Below, in pieces: positions 37,816 to 46,273 of a stretch of 64,000 bases of DNA (the stretch's first letter is position 1; each line of letters opens with the position of its first letter). The DNA is taken from IMG/VR virus record IMGVR_UViG_3300045988_160053; one strand, given 5' to 3'. A model generated the notes under the pieces. It was not told the origin of the DNA, ran no database searches, and saw only the letters and a list, made by a program, of their open reading frames with translations. The position numbers and the translations under genes are program-made. The stretch comes from a virus.

Positions 37816-38922
37816 TTAGTTCTCCTCACGTTCAAACAATTTTAATTTCCAGTTATCTTTGAATATTTTATGTATTTCATAAAGAGATATATTAGACTCG
37901 CAATATTCATTCATATGAGTCATAGCCAATGTCTTTCGACATGGGATTCCAGAGGTTTTTATGTCTGCTTGACATCTTTCATATAGTTCTTCAACATTTA
38001 ACTTCCCATATCTCAAAGTATCCTGATGCGGATTTGGAACATTGGTTAAATCTTTTATGTCTGGATTAATCTCTTCCTTATTACATTCAGTTGGGAACGC
38101 ACCGGCTCCATGTCTAGTCATATATGTACGTGTCACATAACAAGCTTCTATATTAATCTCATCAGTCCAATTTACAGACTTTATAATTCTTGCAGGATTT
38201 TTAATACCAGTGTTGGATGGAGTAAGATGTGGGTAATATTCAGTATTATTTTGATCTAAAAGAAGCCCCTGCCCATTTTCAAATACTATGATATCGTATC
38301 CATCAAGTAATTGATCATCATTCACGACATGTATGTGCGACATCATAAAATCAAAATCTTCATTGTAATGGTCTTGAAGCCCAGGATTTTTGAAATGATT
38401 AAATAATTCTTCTTCCTGCTCAGATAACGTAATTCCCATGCGCTTGAACATATTCATATAATATGACCATGACGATGAATATGAAGTAATATGTTTTTTA
38501 TAGCGTTGAATTGTATTATAAATACCCATTCCACAGCTTCCGTGTTTATTATTACCGCGACTTCGCTCAATAATTTGATTTGCCATCATATCAAGAGGAT
38601 TCGTAATCATACATTGTTCATGAACGTACACATAAGGTTCCCATCCTAATTTCTTCAACTCTTCCCATTCTTCCCTAAATACCAGAGGATTTAAAATAAA
38701 ATCCTCCGGTAAATAAGTATCTGCTCCGTTTAATGTTCCAGAGCCGAAATGATGAAAGACATGCCGGGTTCCGTCTGATTTTAATACTGTGTGTCCTCTT
38801 TGAGCACCGCCATTTGAACACACAACGATACAGTTATCTGCATTTTTAGTATAATAATCTGTTAATTTACCCTTGCCCTCGTCACCAAAGTTTGCTCCGA
38901 TGACAATTTTTATATCTTTCAT
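37816..38922 (-). CDS. adenylosuccinate synthetase-family (PurA-like, short form) ligase
   Basis: AAGGAG RBS. P-loop NFGDEGKGKLTD, GGAQRGHT, FENGQGLLLD, YPHLTPSNTG, TRHGAGAFPTE. The canonical GxTTGRxRRxGW aspartate loop is not recognisable. Confidence 0.8.
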   Translation of the reverse strand: MKDIKIVIGANFGDEGKGKLTDYYTKNADNCIVVCSNGGAQRGHTVLKSDGTRHVFHHFGSGTLNGADTYLPEDFILNPLVFREEWEELKKLGWEPYVYVHEQCMITNPLDMMANQIIERSRGNNKHGSCGMGIYNTIQRYKKHITSYSSSWSYYMNMFKRMGITLSEQEEELFNHFKNPGLQDHYNEDFDFMMSHIHVVNDDQLLDGYDIIVFENGQGLLLDQNNTEYYPHLTPSNTGIKNPARIIKSVNWTDEINIEACYVTRTYMTRHGAGAFPTECNKEEINPDIKDLTNVPNPHQDTLRYGKLNVEELYERCQADIKTSGIPCRKTLAMTHMNEYCESNISLYEIHKIFKDNWKLKLFEREEN

Positions 38923-38934
38923 AAGTTATTCTCC

Positions 38935-39834
38935 TTACCAAACAATAGCTCCTGATTCATCTGTCTCTGCAGAAATTACAGTGGATGAGACTACTACAGG
39001 TTCATTATTTTCTGCAGCCGCAACTACAATCTTTACAATTTCATCTGCAATATCATCAAGACGATTAATGGTCCTAAAATGATTATCATCAAGATACTCT
39101 GAAAAAGACTCAACTATTCCTCTCTGGTCATATCCATCACGATGATTTACATTAATGTGATAAATATCAAATTTCTCAGATGTTTCCATATATAAATCTT
39201 TAGTTTCTACATCGGCCTGAAGCGTATCGCCAGTTGTAATTCCTAATCCAGAGCGTCGTCCTGATACTGGTAAGTACGGATTAAGACGTTCGTCCCCAAT
39301 TGTGATAATTACGCCTTTTTTACCCCTATTCCAACAATCAAGTTTTGTATGACGAGATCCAAAATACCAAGCAGCAGTATATGACTCGAAACAATTACCT
39401 CCGCCGCCAAATTCAAAATAGATTTTATCAAGCTGCTCCGCAATTCTAATATCGGATTCAAACTGTGATGCCTGAATTGGATAATTATCATATGCTAAAT
39501 CACCAATACCCATAATCATAAATTCTACATCTTTAATCTGACCATATAATTTTGTCATGATTTCATTAAGTCTTTTTGCAATTTCTACTGCGGTCTGTCC
39601 CATAGATCCTGTGACATCCAAAGCTAAAATGACTGGTAAAGTATTCGGATGCTCTTCATTATCACAACATTCTCTAATAACACCTTTAGGATCGAGTGCT
39701 GCATCAATATTTTTTGCTTTAAACATTTCCTGATTAGAATAACTTCCTGTAACTACTCCTCGTGAATCAGTGCCATATCCTTTTGATGTTGAATAACTTA
39801 CAAAACTTCTAGTATCCCAACTTCCGCTTCCCAT
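38935..39834 (-). CDS. von Willebrand factor A (vWA) domain protein
   Basis: GAGGAGG RBS. MIDAS-like LALDVTGSMG followed by GGGGN and ITIGDE segments. Confidence 0.7.
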   Translation of the reverse strand: MGSGSWDTRSFVSYSTSKGYGTDSRGVVTGSYSNQEMFKAKNIDAALDPKGVIRECCDNEEHPNTLPVILALDVTGSMGQTAVEIAKRLNEIMTKLYGQIKDVEFMIMGIGDLAYDNYPIQASQFESDIRIAEQLDKIYFEFGGGGNCFESYTAAWYFGSRHTKLDCWNRGKKGVIITIGDERLNPYLPVSGRRSGLGITTGDTLQADVETKDLYMETSEKFDIYHINVNHRDGYDQRGIVESFSEYLDDNHFRTINRLDDIADEIVKIVVAAAENNEPVVVSSTVISAETDESGAIVW

Positions 39835-39836
39835 AA

Positions 39837-40454
39837 TTATTCATCCTCCTCTAAATCATCTTCACTATCTTCTGTGTCTGTATCATCCATGCTAAAATCA
39901 AACATACCGTCAAATACATCACCAATACCACCATTCATCATCATAAATGGCATCATAGCACTCATTGGATTACTGTCTGTTCCAGTTCCGGTACCGGCCG
40001 CTCCATTCATCATCTGGGACATCATCATATATTTAAAGATTTTATTTGCACTATTCTTATCTTTTCCAAGATTACTTCCGAACATAGATACAATTTTCCC
40101 ATAGAAATAAGTATTGCCCATAAATACATGGCGCTCCGGCAGAATTGTTTCAACTGTAGAATCTTCATAATTGATTACAGTGATCTTTGTTTTATCTGCT
40201 TCGATGACGCACTTAGGTTTGCCATTTACAAGGATGATGTCTCCTTTAGCCACCTTATTTGTTGGAATGACGAAGAAAAAGTTTTCATCTACTCCTGGGA
40301 ATACAAAATTTCCACAGTTTGTGAGCTTACCGGATTTAACATTGTAACTCTTATATCCATTAGAGGTTTTTACTGCGATATTACCACTCATAGATAACTT
40401 ACACATTCCACTACCAATTTTTCCAAACATTCCATTCATAAAATTATTCATCAT
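39837..40454 (-). CDS. hypothetical protein with Met/Gly-rich region and acidic tail (205 aa)
   Basis: The ATG at 40454 has a GGAGGG RBS formed by the track's first codons. C-terminus: DDTDTEDSEDDLEEDE. Confidence 0.55.
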   Translation of the reverse strand: MMNNFMNGMFGKIGSGMCKLSMSGNIAVKTSNGYKSYNVKSGKLTNCGNFVFPGVDENFFFVIPTNKVAKGDIILVNGKPKCVIEADKTKITVINYEDSTVETILPERHVFMGNTYFYGKIVSMFGSNLGKDKNSANKIFKYMMMSQMMNGAAGTGTGTDSNPMSAMMPFMMMNGGIGDVFDGMFDFSMDDTDTEDSEDDLEEDE

Positions 40455-40470
40455 TTTAATTCCCTCCATT

Positions 40471-40484
40471 GTTTAATTTAATTT
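40471..40484 (-). promoter_or_regulatory. AAATTAAATTAAAC motif copy
   Basis: Exact 14-mer on the - strand, about 17 nt upstream of the ATG at 40454. Confidence 0.45.
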
Positions 40485-41032
40485 CTATTGATTACATTAA
40501 TCTGGCAGCTTTCCATTACATCAAGAGCCGCTTTATGCTTTTCCGGTGTTGATCCTGCGCAGCATGATGCATCAACTGTGATTTTTGCCTCTGGATAATA
40601 AGTTTTAATCAAAAGAGCGTTTGTAATAACACAGATATCTGTGCATATGCCAATAATTTCAATATCTAATAAAGAAGAATCATATGCGATACCAAATGTT
40701 TCTTCCCAATCCCAGTCATCAAATCCAAAAGTAGATTTACAACATACCATAAAACTATCGAGATTTTTATAATCAAGTTCATCAACAATTTCCCAACCTT
40801 TAGTACCATACATACAATGTTCAGGAAGTTTTCTGCCCTCTGAAGTATCTGCGTAATCTGAATGATGAGTATCCTTTGTAAGAATTACATAATCCCCATT
40901 ATTCTTATATTCATCAAATTTCTCTTTTACATTCGGAATAATAGCCTGAGCTTCCGGTGTACCAAGTGAACCGGTTACAAAATCATTCTGTACATCAATC
41001 ACAATCAAGACTTTCTTTTTCTCTTTTTCCAT
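40478..41032 (-). CDS. pncA: isochorismatase-family cysteine hydrolase, nicotinamidase-like
   Basis: The ATG at 41032 has a GGGAGA RBS (track start 41143 is upstream). Motifs: VLIVIDVQNDFV, TKDTHH, GICTDICVITNAL (D-K-C triad context). Confidence 0.75.
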   Translation of the reverse strand: MEKEKKKVLIVIDVQNDFVTGSLGTPEAQAIIPNVKEKFDEYKNNGDYVILTKDTHHSDYADTSEGRKLPEHCMYGTKGWEIVDELDYKNLDSFMVCCKSTFGFDDWDWEETFGIAYDSSLLDIEIIGICTDICVITNALLIKTYYPEAKITVDASCCAGSTPEKHKAALDVMESCQINVINRN

Positions 41033-41354
41033 CTCTGTTCTCCCATTCTTTAATTTGCTGTGATCCATCTTCAACTTGCTGCTTATCATGTTTTGAATAG
41101 TTGTCTGCCGGACCATAAGCACCTTTATGTCGATATGAAGCATGTCCTTTACGAGTATTAGTTTTTACTGCAGTGCCACCTCGACCAAGCAAACCATTAT
41201 GACCTTTTGCTAATACACCAGATTTAAATTCAGGTTCATCAATCCATTCTCCAAGATATCTTCCGGAATATTTTTGGCCCTTAATTAATCTGCGTCTCTT
41301 TTTAATACTTTTTAACCTTTGTTCTCTCAAATATCCTCTGTTACGTTCCGGCAT
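40995..41354 (-). CDS. hypothetical highly basic protein (119 aa)
   Basis: GGAGGA RBS. Arg/Lys/Gly-rich. Overlaps the pncA-like start by about 38 nt. Confidence 0.5.
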   Translation of the reverse strand: MPERNRGYLREQRLKSIKKRRRLIKGQKYSGRYLGEWIDEPEFKSGVLAKGHNGLLGRGGTAVKTNTRKGHASYRHKGAYGPADNYSKHDKQQVEDGSQQIKEWENRDGKREKESLDCD

Positions 41355-41356
41355 TA

Positions 41357-41815
41357 CTATTCCTCCAGTCTATACAAAATAATTGGTCCACCTTCAATAT
41401 AGAACGTCGCATTGTAATCTATAAATTCTCTAGCCTCATCTTCTGTCATATCCTCATGATTAACTAAAGATTCAACCATTTTTTCGTAATCATATATTGC
41501 TCTATCATCAGAAGAAATACCAAGAAACGCATCTTCATAAGATGGATTTGTAAAAAATATCGTTCCCTCGTACCCGGCCTCTAACAATAACCGTTCTGTT
41601 TTTGATACTTGGTCTTCATATATATTATCTGCATGTGCTTCAATGTCATCATGTAACGTCTCTTCTGGGTAATCTATAAGAGAATCCATAATATAAGAAG
41701 AAGTAATCATATTTAAAGCCTTTTCTTCTGAAATTTGATATTTTCTTTGTAATACAGCTTGCAATCCTTCAATGTAACCCTTAACACTTTCTGTAAGTTC
41801 TGATATATCTACCAT
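41357..41815 (-). CDS. hypothetical acidic protein (152 aa)
   Basis: ORF in the operon. No motif recognised. Confidence 0.6.
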   Translation of the reverse strand: MVDISELTESVKGYIEGLQAVLQRKYQISEEKALNMITSSYIMDSLIDYPEETLHDDIEAHADNIYEDQVSKTERLLLEAGYEGTIFFTNPSYEDAFLGISSDDRAIYDYEKMVESLVNHEDMTEDEAREFIDYNATFYIEGGPIILYRLEE

Positions 41816-42552
41816 TATGCGATCCTCACAATCTGTTCATATATAACTATATCTTTTATTGTTATTGCTTTATTGTCGTGGTAATGCCCACACAACCAAC
41901 GCTTATAATCAACATTGCGCCTTATTTCTTCCAGATAATTTGTTAACTTATCCGGCTTATATAGTCCATGTGATAATAATGCTGCTGTAGAAGAAGCTGT
42001 ACAATGTGTTAAGATAAAATCTACCTTATTATTATGTTCTGCCAGATTCTTTATACCCTCATCCATCTCTTCTTGATTTGGCATTTCTCGTTCCCACCAT
42101 GAAATATGATTGATTCGGTACATTTTATCCGGATCATCCCTCCATTCTTTTACTCTTGGATCGTCAATCTCTAATACTCCATCTGAAATATCATGACTTG
42201 AAGCTCCTCCAAAGGTAAAGAATTTTAATCCGTCTATATCAAATACCTGTCCTCTCATAAGATGAATTATCGATGGTTTAATAAAATGCACCTTACCACC
42301 ATGCCATTCTTCTACCGGATAAGAATCTAATATATCGTAATTCTCATGATTTCCGTCAATAAAGAGTGTTGTGAAATGTTTCTCTTCAAGCCAATTCAGG
42401 TACCACCTTTGTTGCGGTGAATCTCTCCATATTCCAAAATCTCCAAGAATTATCACATAATCGTCCTTCGACATCTCACGCTGTTCGGGAAAAGAATCCA
42501 TATTAACTCTATGGATCCAATCCCCATGCGTATCTCCAGTTACCCAAATCAT
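41815..42552 (-). CDS. calcineurin-like metallophosphoesterase
   Basis: ATG at 42552 (the track TTG at 42567 is unlikely). Motifs: VTGDTHGD, ILGDFG, DGNHEN, LTHC, CGHYH. Confidence 0.85.
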   Translation of the reverse strand: MIWVTGDTHGDWIHRVNMDSFPEQREMSKDDYVIILGDFGIWRDSPQQRWYLNWLEEKHFTTLFIDGNHENYDILDSYPVEEWHGGKVHFIKPSIIHLMRGQVFDIDGLKFFTFGGASSHDISDGVLEIDDPRVKEWRDDPDKMYRINHISWWEREMPNQEEMDEGIKNLAEHNNKVDFILTHCTASSTAALLSHGLYKPDKLTNYLEEIRRNVDYKRWLCGHYHDNKAITIKDIVIYEQIVRIA

Positions 42553-42707
42553 GTCCGTGATCCCCAAATGAAGTAGTTAACACTTAAAATAAATAATGAT
42601 ATTGCAGAAGGCCAATAACCATCCGGAACAACATTATTCATAACAACGCTCATGCATATCACACTGATAATGAAAAACACAATATTTTTTAATATCGTTT
42701 TAATCAT
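42549..42707 (-). CDS. 52-aa two-TM membrane peptide (below the track cutoff)
   Basis: Hand translation: MIKTILKNIVFFIISVICMSVVMNNVVPDGYWPSAISLFILSVNYFIWGSRT. TAATG overlap upstream and ATGA overlap downstream. Confidence 0.45.
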   Translation of the reverse strand: MIKTILKNIVFFIISVICMSVVMNNVVPDGYWPSAISLFILSVNYFIWGSRT

Positions 42708-43327
42708 TATTTCGTTAACTCCTTATACTGATCAAGCAAGGCCGCCAGTTCTGGATTCTCAGCCGCATACATTTCATATTTCTTTGTTACATCCATCTGC
42801 TTAATAACTGCATCCATATCTTTTTTAAGCTTCTCAGCTTTCTTTCTATTTTCAACACGCTGGTCATATGCAGATGTATCAACTCTACAGATAATTTCTG
42901 CAGTAATATTCTTGGCGCATTTTACTTCTGCTTCCGACACAGTTAAAATTTCTTTAATTGTCAGAACATCTTTGTTACAACCACTTACTAAAACCTGGTC
43001 TCCGGCTTTATATGTATTGCCATCGTCAAAGACTGCATAATAATAGTCTTTTTTACAACAACAAGTTACTTCTTCAATTACTGCTACTGCATAATATCCT
43101 GTTAATTTTGCCATTTGTCCATTCTCCTCTTCTGATTTATATAAATGCGTCAAATATTGTTTTTCTACTTCAAAAATCATAGAATCAGAATTATGTACTG
43201 TATATAATTCGCAATTAATGTTCGTGATGATTCCCTCAGTTCCCTCAAGGCGTTCGTAACCTTGAGGGAGATTGGTTAATTTTACATAATCGCCAACAAT
43301 AAATTTTTCTATTTTCCATCTAATCAT
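42707..43327 (-). CDS. hypothetical protein (206 aa)
   Basis: ORF in the operon. No motif recognised. Confidence 0.6.
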   Translation of the reverse strand: MIRWKIEKFIVGDYVKLTNLPQGYERLEGTEGIITNINCELYTVHNSDSMIFEVEKQYLTHLYKSEEENGQMAKLTGYYAVAVIEEVTCCCKKDYYYAVFDDGNTYKAGDQVLVSGCNKDVLTIKEILTVSEAEVKCAKNITAEIICRVDTSAYDQRVENRKKAEKLKKDMDAVIKQMDVTKKYEMYAAENPELAALLDQYKELTK

Positions 43328-43330
43328 AGT

Positions 43331-43504
43331 TTATTTCCCAAATACTGATTTCAGTAATAAGATTACAAGCCAAATTCCTGTAGCAATCAACCAGCTGAAA
43401 GCGACCCCGAAACATAATGTGATTAATTTTATAATTCCACATGTTACGATCCAACTGAAAGCTAATGCCAATAATGACATAATAATAAGTAACATTCCCC
43501 TCAT
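43331..43504 (-). CDS. 57-aa two-TM membrane peptide (below the track cutoff)
   Basis: Hand translation: MRGMLLIIMSLLALAFSWIVTCGIIKLITLCFGVAFSWLIATGIWLVILLLKSVFGK. AAGGAG RBS. Directly downstream of the SPFH gene. Confidence 0.45.
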   Translation of the reverse strand: MRGMLLIIMSLLALAFSWIVTCGIIKLITLCFGVAFSWLIATGIWLVILLLKSVFGK

Positions 43505-43505
43505 A

Positions 43506-44468
43506 TTATTCTCCTTTTACACTTGCTGTTCCTGATGTTAAATCACCTGCATCAACAATTGTTGCAGCATTTCCACCTTGTACCTTCGGCACATCACCAT
43601 TCCACTTATCAATCTTCTGTTTCTCAATAAGCTCTGGAGTAAGAGACTCAGCAATTTTCTTATTTGCTTCTGCTTCAGCATCCGCTTTAATTCTTGTTGC
43701 TTCCGCTTTACCTTCAGCAGTGATCTTCGCCTGTTCAGCCTCAATAGCGGCCTTTTCTTTATCCTGTTCTGCTGCAATAAGAGCAACTTCTTTATCTTTA
43801 TCTGCCTGTACCTTTGCAGTCTTAGCTTCAATATTTGCAAGTTCCAGTTCCTGCTGTGCATTTACTTTCTTCTGAATAGCTGCCTGAGTTTCATCATCGG
43901 TTGAAATCGAAGTAAAGTTTACAGTATCAATGATAATTCCATATGGCTCAAATTTCTTTTTCAAGTATTTGTCAAGTGCTTCATTCAGTTCCTGGCGTTT
44001 ATCACCAAATACATCTGTTACCGGATACTTAGCAGTTACTTCCTGTGTCCACGCTTTCATCTTTGGTTTAATGAAAGTATTTTTTACACTTTCACCGGAC
44101 TGACCTTTAAATCTTGTAAATACATCAGCAACTTGATCCTGATCGAACTTATAAGAGAATTCCAAATCAACAAGAAGCTGTTTTCCATCAGCAGTAGGTG
44201 TTTTAAAACTCTCATCTTTTGGTGAATCACCTTTATCTTCTGAAGTCAGATAAGACTGTTCAATACCAATTGAATACAGTGATGTTTTTACTGTAGGTGA
44301 AATCAAATGCCATCCCTGTGGAAGAGTATCATTTGAAATTCCGCCGTTCATCTTGTATTCTACAGCTACATAACCAGCAGGAACTCTTACCGTACACTTT
44401 GCTACACAAATTAATCCTGCTACAATTATTACTGCTAATCCAACCCCACCTAAAAATCCTTTTCTCAT
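43506..44468 (-). CDS. SPFH/Band-7 (prohibitin/HflC-like) membrane protein
   Basis: N-terminal TM (GGVGLAVIIVAGLICVA). The SPFH-like core begins VRVPAGYVAVEYKMNGG. Ala/Glu/Lys coiled-coil C-terminus typical of the family. Confidence 0.8.
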   Translation of the reverse strand: MRKGFLGGVGLAVIIVAGLICVAKCTVRVPAGYVAVEYKMNGGISNDTLPQGWHLISPTVKTSLYSIGIEQSYLTSEDKGDSPKDESFKTPTADGKQLLVDLEFSYKFDQDQVADVFTRFKGQSGESVKNTFIKPKMKAWTQEVTAKYPVTDVFGDKRQELNEALDKYLKKKFEPYGIIIDTVNFTSISTDDETQAAIQKKVNAQQELELANIEAKTAKVQADKDKEVALIAAEQDKEKAAIEAEQAKITAEGKAEATRIKADAEAEANKKIAESLTPELIEKQKIDKWNGDVPKVQGGNAATIVDAGDLTSGTASVKGE

Positions 44469-44635
44469 TACTCATTCTCCTTATCTTTTTCTTTATTTTC
44501 TTCTCTGTTTATTTCATCTGCTGCATCTTTCCAGATCCTATGTAAGAATCTACCAAATGGATAAAACAATGCAGATAATAGAAACCATAAAATTACTGCT
44601 CCAACTAATACTAAAAATATAAATACCGGATTCAT
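44468..44635 (-). CDS. 55-aa single-TM peptide with a charged tail (below the track cutoff)
   Basis: Hand translation: MNPVFIFLVLVGAVILWFLLSALFYPFGRFLHRIWKDAADEINREENKEKDKENE. AAGGAG RBS. TAATG overlap with the SPFH start. Confidence 0.5.
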   Translation of the reverse strand: MNPVFIFLVLVGAVILWFLLSALFYPFGRFLHRIWKDAADEINREENKEKDKENE

Positions 44636-44650
44636 ATAATTCTCCTTACT

Positions 44651-44678
44651 ACGGTATGCGTGTTCTTACGCATACCGT
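44651..44678 (-). other. 11-bp perfect RNA hairpin between the coiled-coil gene and the SPFH cluster
   Basis: ACGGTATGCGT-gttctt-ACGCATACCGT with no U-run. May be a processing or stability element rather than a terminator. Confidence 0.4.
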
Positions 44679-44690
44679 ATAATTAAATTA

Positions 44691-45671
44691 TCATTTATTA
44701 TTCTGCTGAGTCTGACCGTTCAGAATTTTAACTCCACCGGTAGATTCTACAGTCTTAGCAGCAAGTTCTCTCATCTGAGCATATGCATCGTCAAGTTTCT
44801 GCTGTAATTCAACTTTTTCTGCTCTCGCATTAGCCAGATCCTCTGTAAGTCTTTCATTTTTATCTTCCAGAAGCTGTTTCTGATATTCAGCATCTTTCTT
44901 AAGTGCTCTGACCTCAAACGCATTTGATTTATCAGCATCGGCTCTACCTTTTTTAATACCTTCCTCTGTTGCTGCTGCAATCAATGTCGGAATCTCTTCT
45001 ACTTTTGCTTCTAATTCCTTTACATGATCAGCTTTTGCATTCAGTTCTGTTTCTTTCTCAAGAGCCGCTGTTTCTCTAAGTTCCAAAATCTTTTCTCTAG
45101 CAGCTTTCTCATCTTCCCACTTATCATTTTCAGCTTTACGACTACGTTTCAGATTATAGGTATATTCATCTTCCTCACGGCTACGAGTTAATTTAATTTC
45201 ATTTTCTCTTGCTTTAGCTTCTGCATTGATAGAATCAATAATTTCCTGTTTCTGCTGCTTCAGTGCCTCAATTTCAGCTTTCAGTGTATCTTTTTTCTCA
45301 CCCAATTCAGCTTCAATCTCTGCTTCTTTCGCTGCCTGAGCCTCTTTTAACTCTTCATTTTTCTCTTTATAAGCATTGATCATAGCTGCCATAGCATTTG
45401 CTTTTGTCTCAATGCCATATAATTCATCTAACTCAAGCTGTTTAATTTCAATAGCTTCTGTAAGATCATTGTATTTCTTGATAATCTCTGGATTAAAGAT
45501 ATCCTCTTTTGCTGTTGCATCTGCAGATTCGATAACTTCTACCTTTTTAGCCTTCGCTGCTTCTTTTGCAGGATCATCAATCATTCGGTCTCTTGTATCA
45601 AGTTTCTCCACCGCTGCCTTATACGCTTCCATAATTTCTGCCTTTGTTGATTTCATTGTAATTTCTGCCAT
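44691..45671 (-). CDS. long coiled-coil protein (326 aa)
   Basis: Continuous Ala/Glu/Lys heptad-like sequence. RBS present. Confidence 0.65.
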   Translation of the reverse strand: MAEITMKSTKAEIMEAYKAAVEKLDTRDRMIDDPAKEAAKAKKVEVIESADATAKEDIFNPEIIKKYNDLTEAIEIKQLELDELYGIETKANAMAAMINAYKEKNEELKEAQAAKEAEIEAELGEKKDTLKAEIEALKQQKQEIIDSINAEAKARENEIKLTRSREEDEYTYNLKRSRKAENDKWEDEKAAREKILELRETAALEKETELNAKADHVKELEAKVEEIPTLIAAATEEGIKKGRADADKSNAFEVRALKKDAEYQKQLLEDKNERLTEDLANARAEKVELQQKLDDAYAQMRELAAKTVESTGGVKILNGQTQQNNK

Positions 45672-45701
45672 GTTTTTAGTTCTCCTTTTTCTCCGTGTTT
45701 T

Positions 45702-45715
45702 GTTTAATTAAATTT
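45702..45715 (-). promoter_or_regulatory. variant of the AAATTAAATTAAAC motif (AAATTTAATTAAAC)
   Basis: Lies about 30 nt upstream of the ATG at 45671, in the nrdG-to-coiled-coil intergenic gap. Confidence 0.35.
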
Positions 45716-45739
45716 TTATATCAAAGCTTTAATAGCTTA

Positions 45740-46267
45740 TCAATCATTATTAATGTCATCTTTATACAGAACGATCTTTTTCTCTTCGAGTGATCTCTGC
45801 ACATCAATTACTCTTTGATTAGTTGATCCAGCCCAATGATAATTTACATCTGCCAAATCTTTCTTAAACATACCGTCTACAATTACATTTGTATTCAACA
45901 AAATATCTGTTAAAATAGGAAATGCTTCTTCTATAATTTCATTCCAAGTGTATCCAGTATAAATCCAAATAGATTTAGAATTACCATATCTTGATTTAAT
46001 TTTACTTATTAAATTACAAACTTCAACTCTGTTATTTTCATTTAACGGATCCCCTCCAGAAAAAGTAATTCCAGAAATATAATCATTATCAAGCTGTTTA
46101 AAAATCTCTTCTATTGCTGTATTATCAAATGGAATTCCAGATTTGGTGTCCCATGTTTCCGGGTTTTGACAGCCATTGCAATAATGATCACAACCGGAAA
46201 CAAAAAGGGTGACTCTTAATCCTGGCCCATTGTTCATGTCGTCATGTTTAATATCGTGATAATTCAT
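45740..46267 (-). CDS. nrdG: anaerobic ribonucleotide reductase activating protein (radical SAM)
   Basis: NNGPGLRVTLFVSGCDHYCNGCQNPETW (CX3CX2C in NrdG context) and GITFSGGDPL. Confidence 0.92.
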   Translation of the reverse strand: MNYHDIKHDDMNNGPGLRVTLFVSGCDHYCNGCQNPETWDTKSGIPFDNTAIEEIFKQLDNDYISGITFSGGDPLNENNRVEVCNLISKIKSRYGNSKSIWIYTGYTWNEIIEEAFPILTDILLNTNVIVDGMFKKDLADVNYHWAGSTNQRVIDVQRSLEEKKIVLYKDDINND

Positions 46268-46273
46268 TACATT

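Noticed and set aside
37816-38922. Calling the PurA-like gene purZ and the phage a Z-genome (2-aminoadenine) phage.
   Set aside because: I could not recognise MazZ/DatZ/DpoZ companions. The polymerase is DnaE-type and the gene sits in an NAD cluster. It is kept only as a hypothesis in the findings.
40478-41143. The full-length 221-aa track ORF for the nicotinamidase-like gene, and similar long N-terminal extensions at 32125, 33430, 36341, 30259, 49708, 42567 and 21488.
   Set aside because: The extensions overlap the preceding gene and lack RBSs. Internal ATGs sit 6-10 nt after AGGAGG-type sites and coincide with the start of the conserved domain.
43538-45711. Alternate-frame ORFs in the SPFH and coiled-coil genes: 43538-43861 (-), 43578-43904 (+), 44297-44545 (+), 44771-44980 (-) and 45376-45711 (+).
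   Set aside because: GAA/AAA/GCT-rich coiled-coil coding sequence stays open in several frames. The annotated frames are the ones with RBSs and family motifs.
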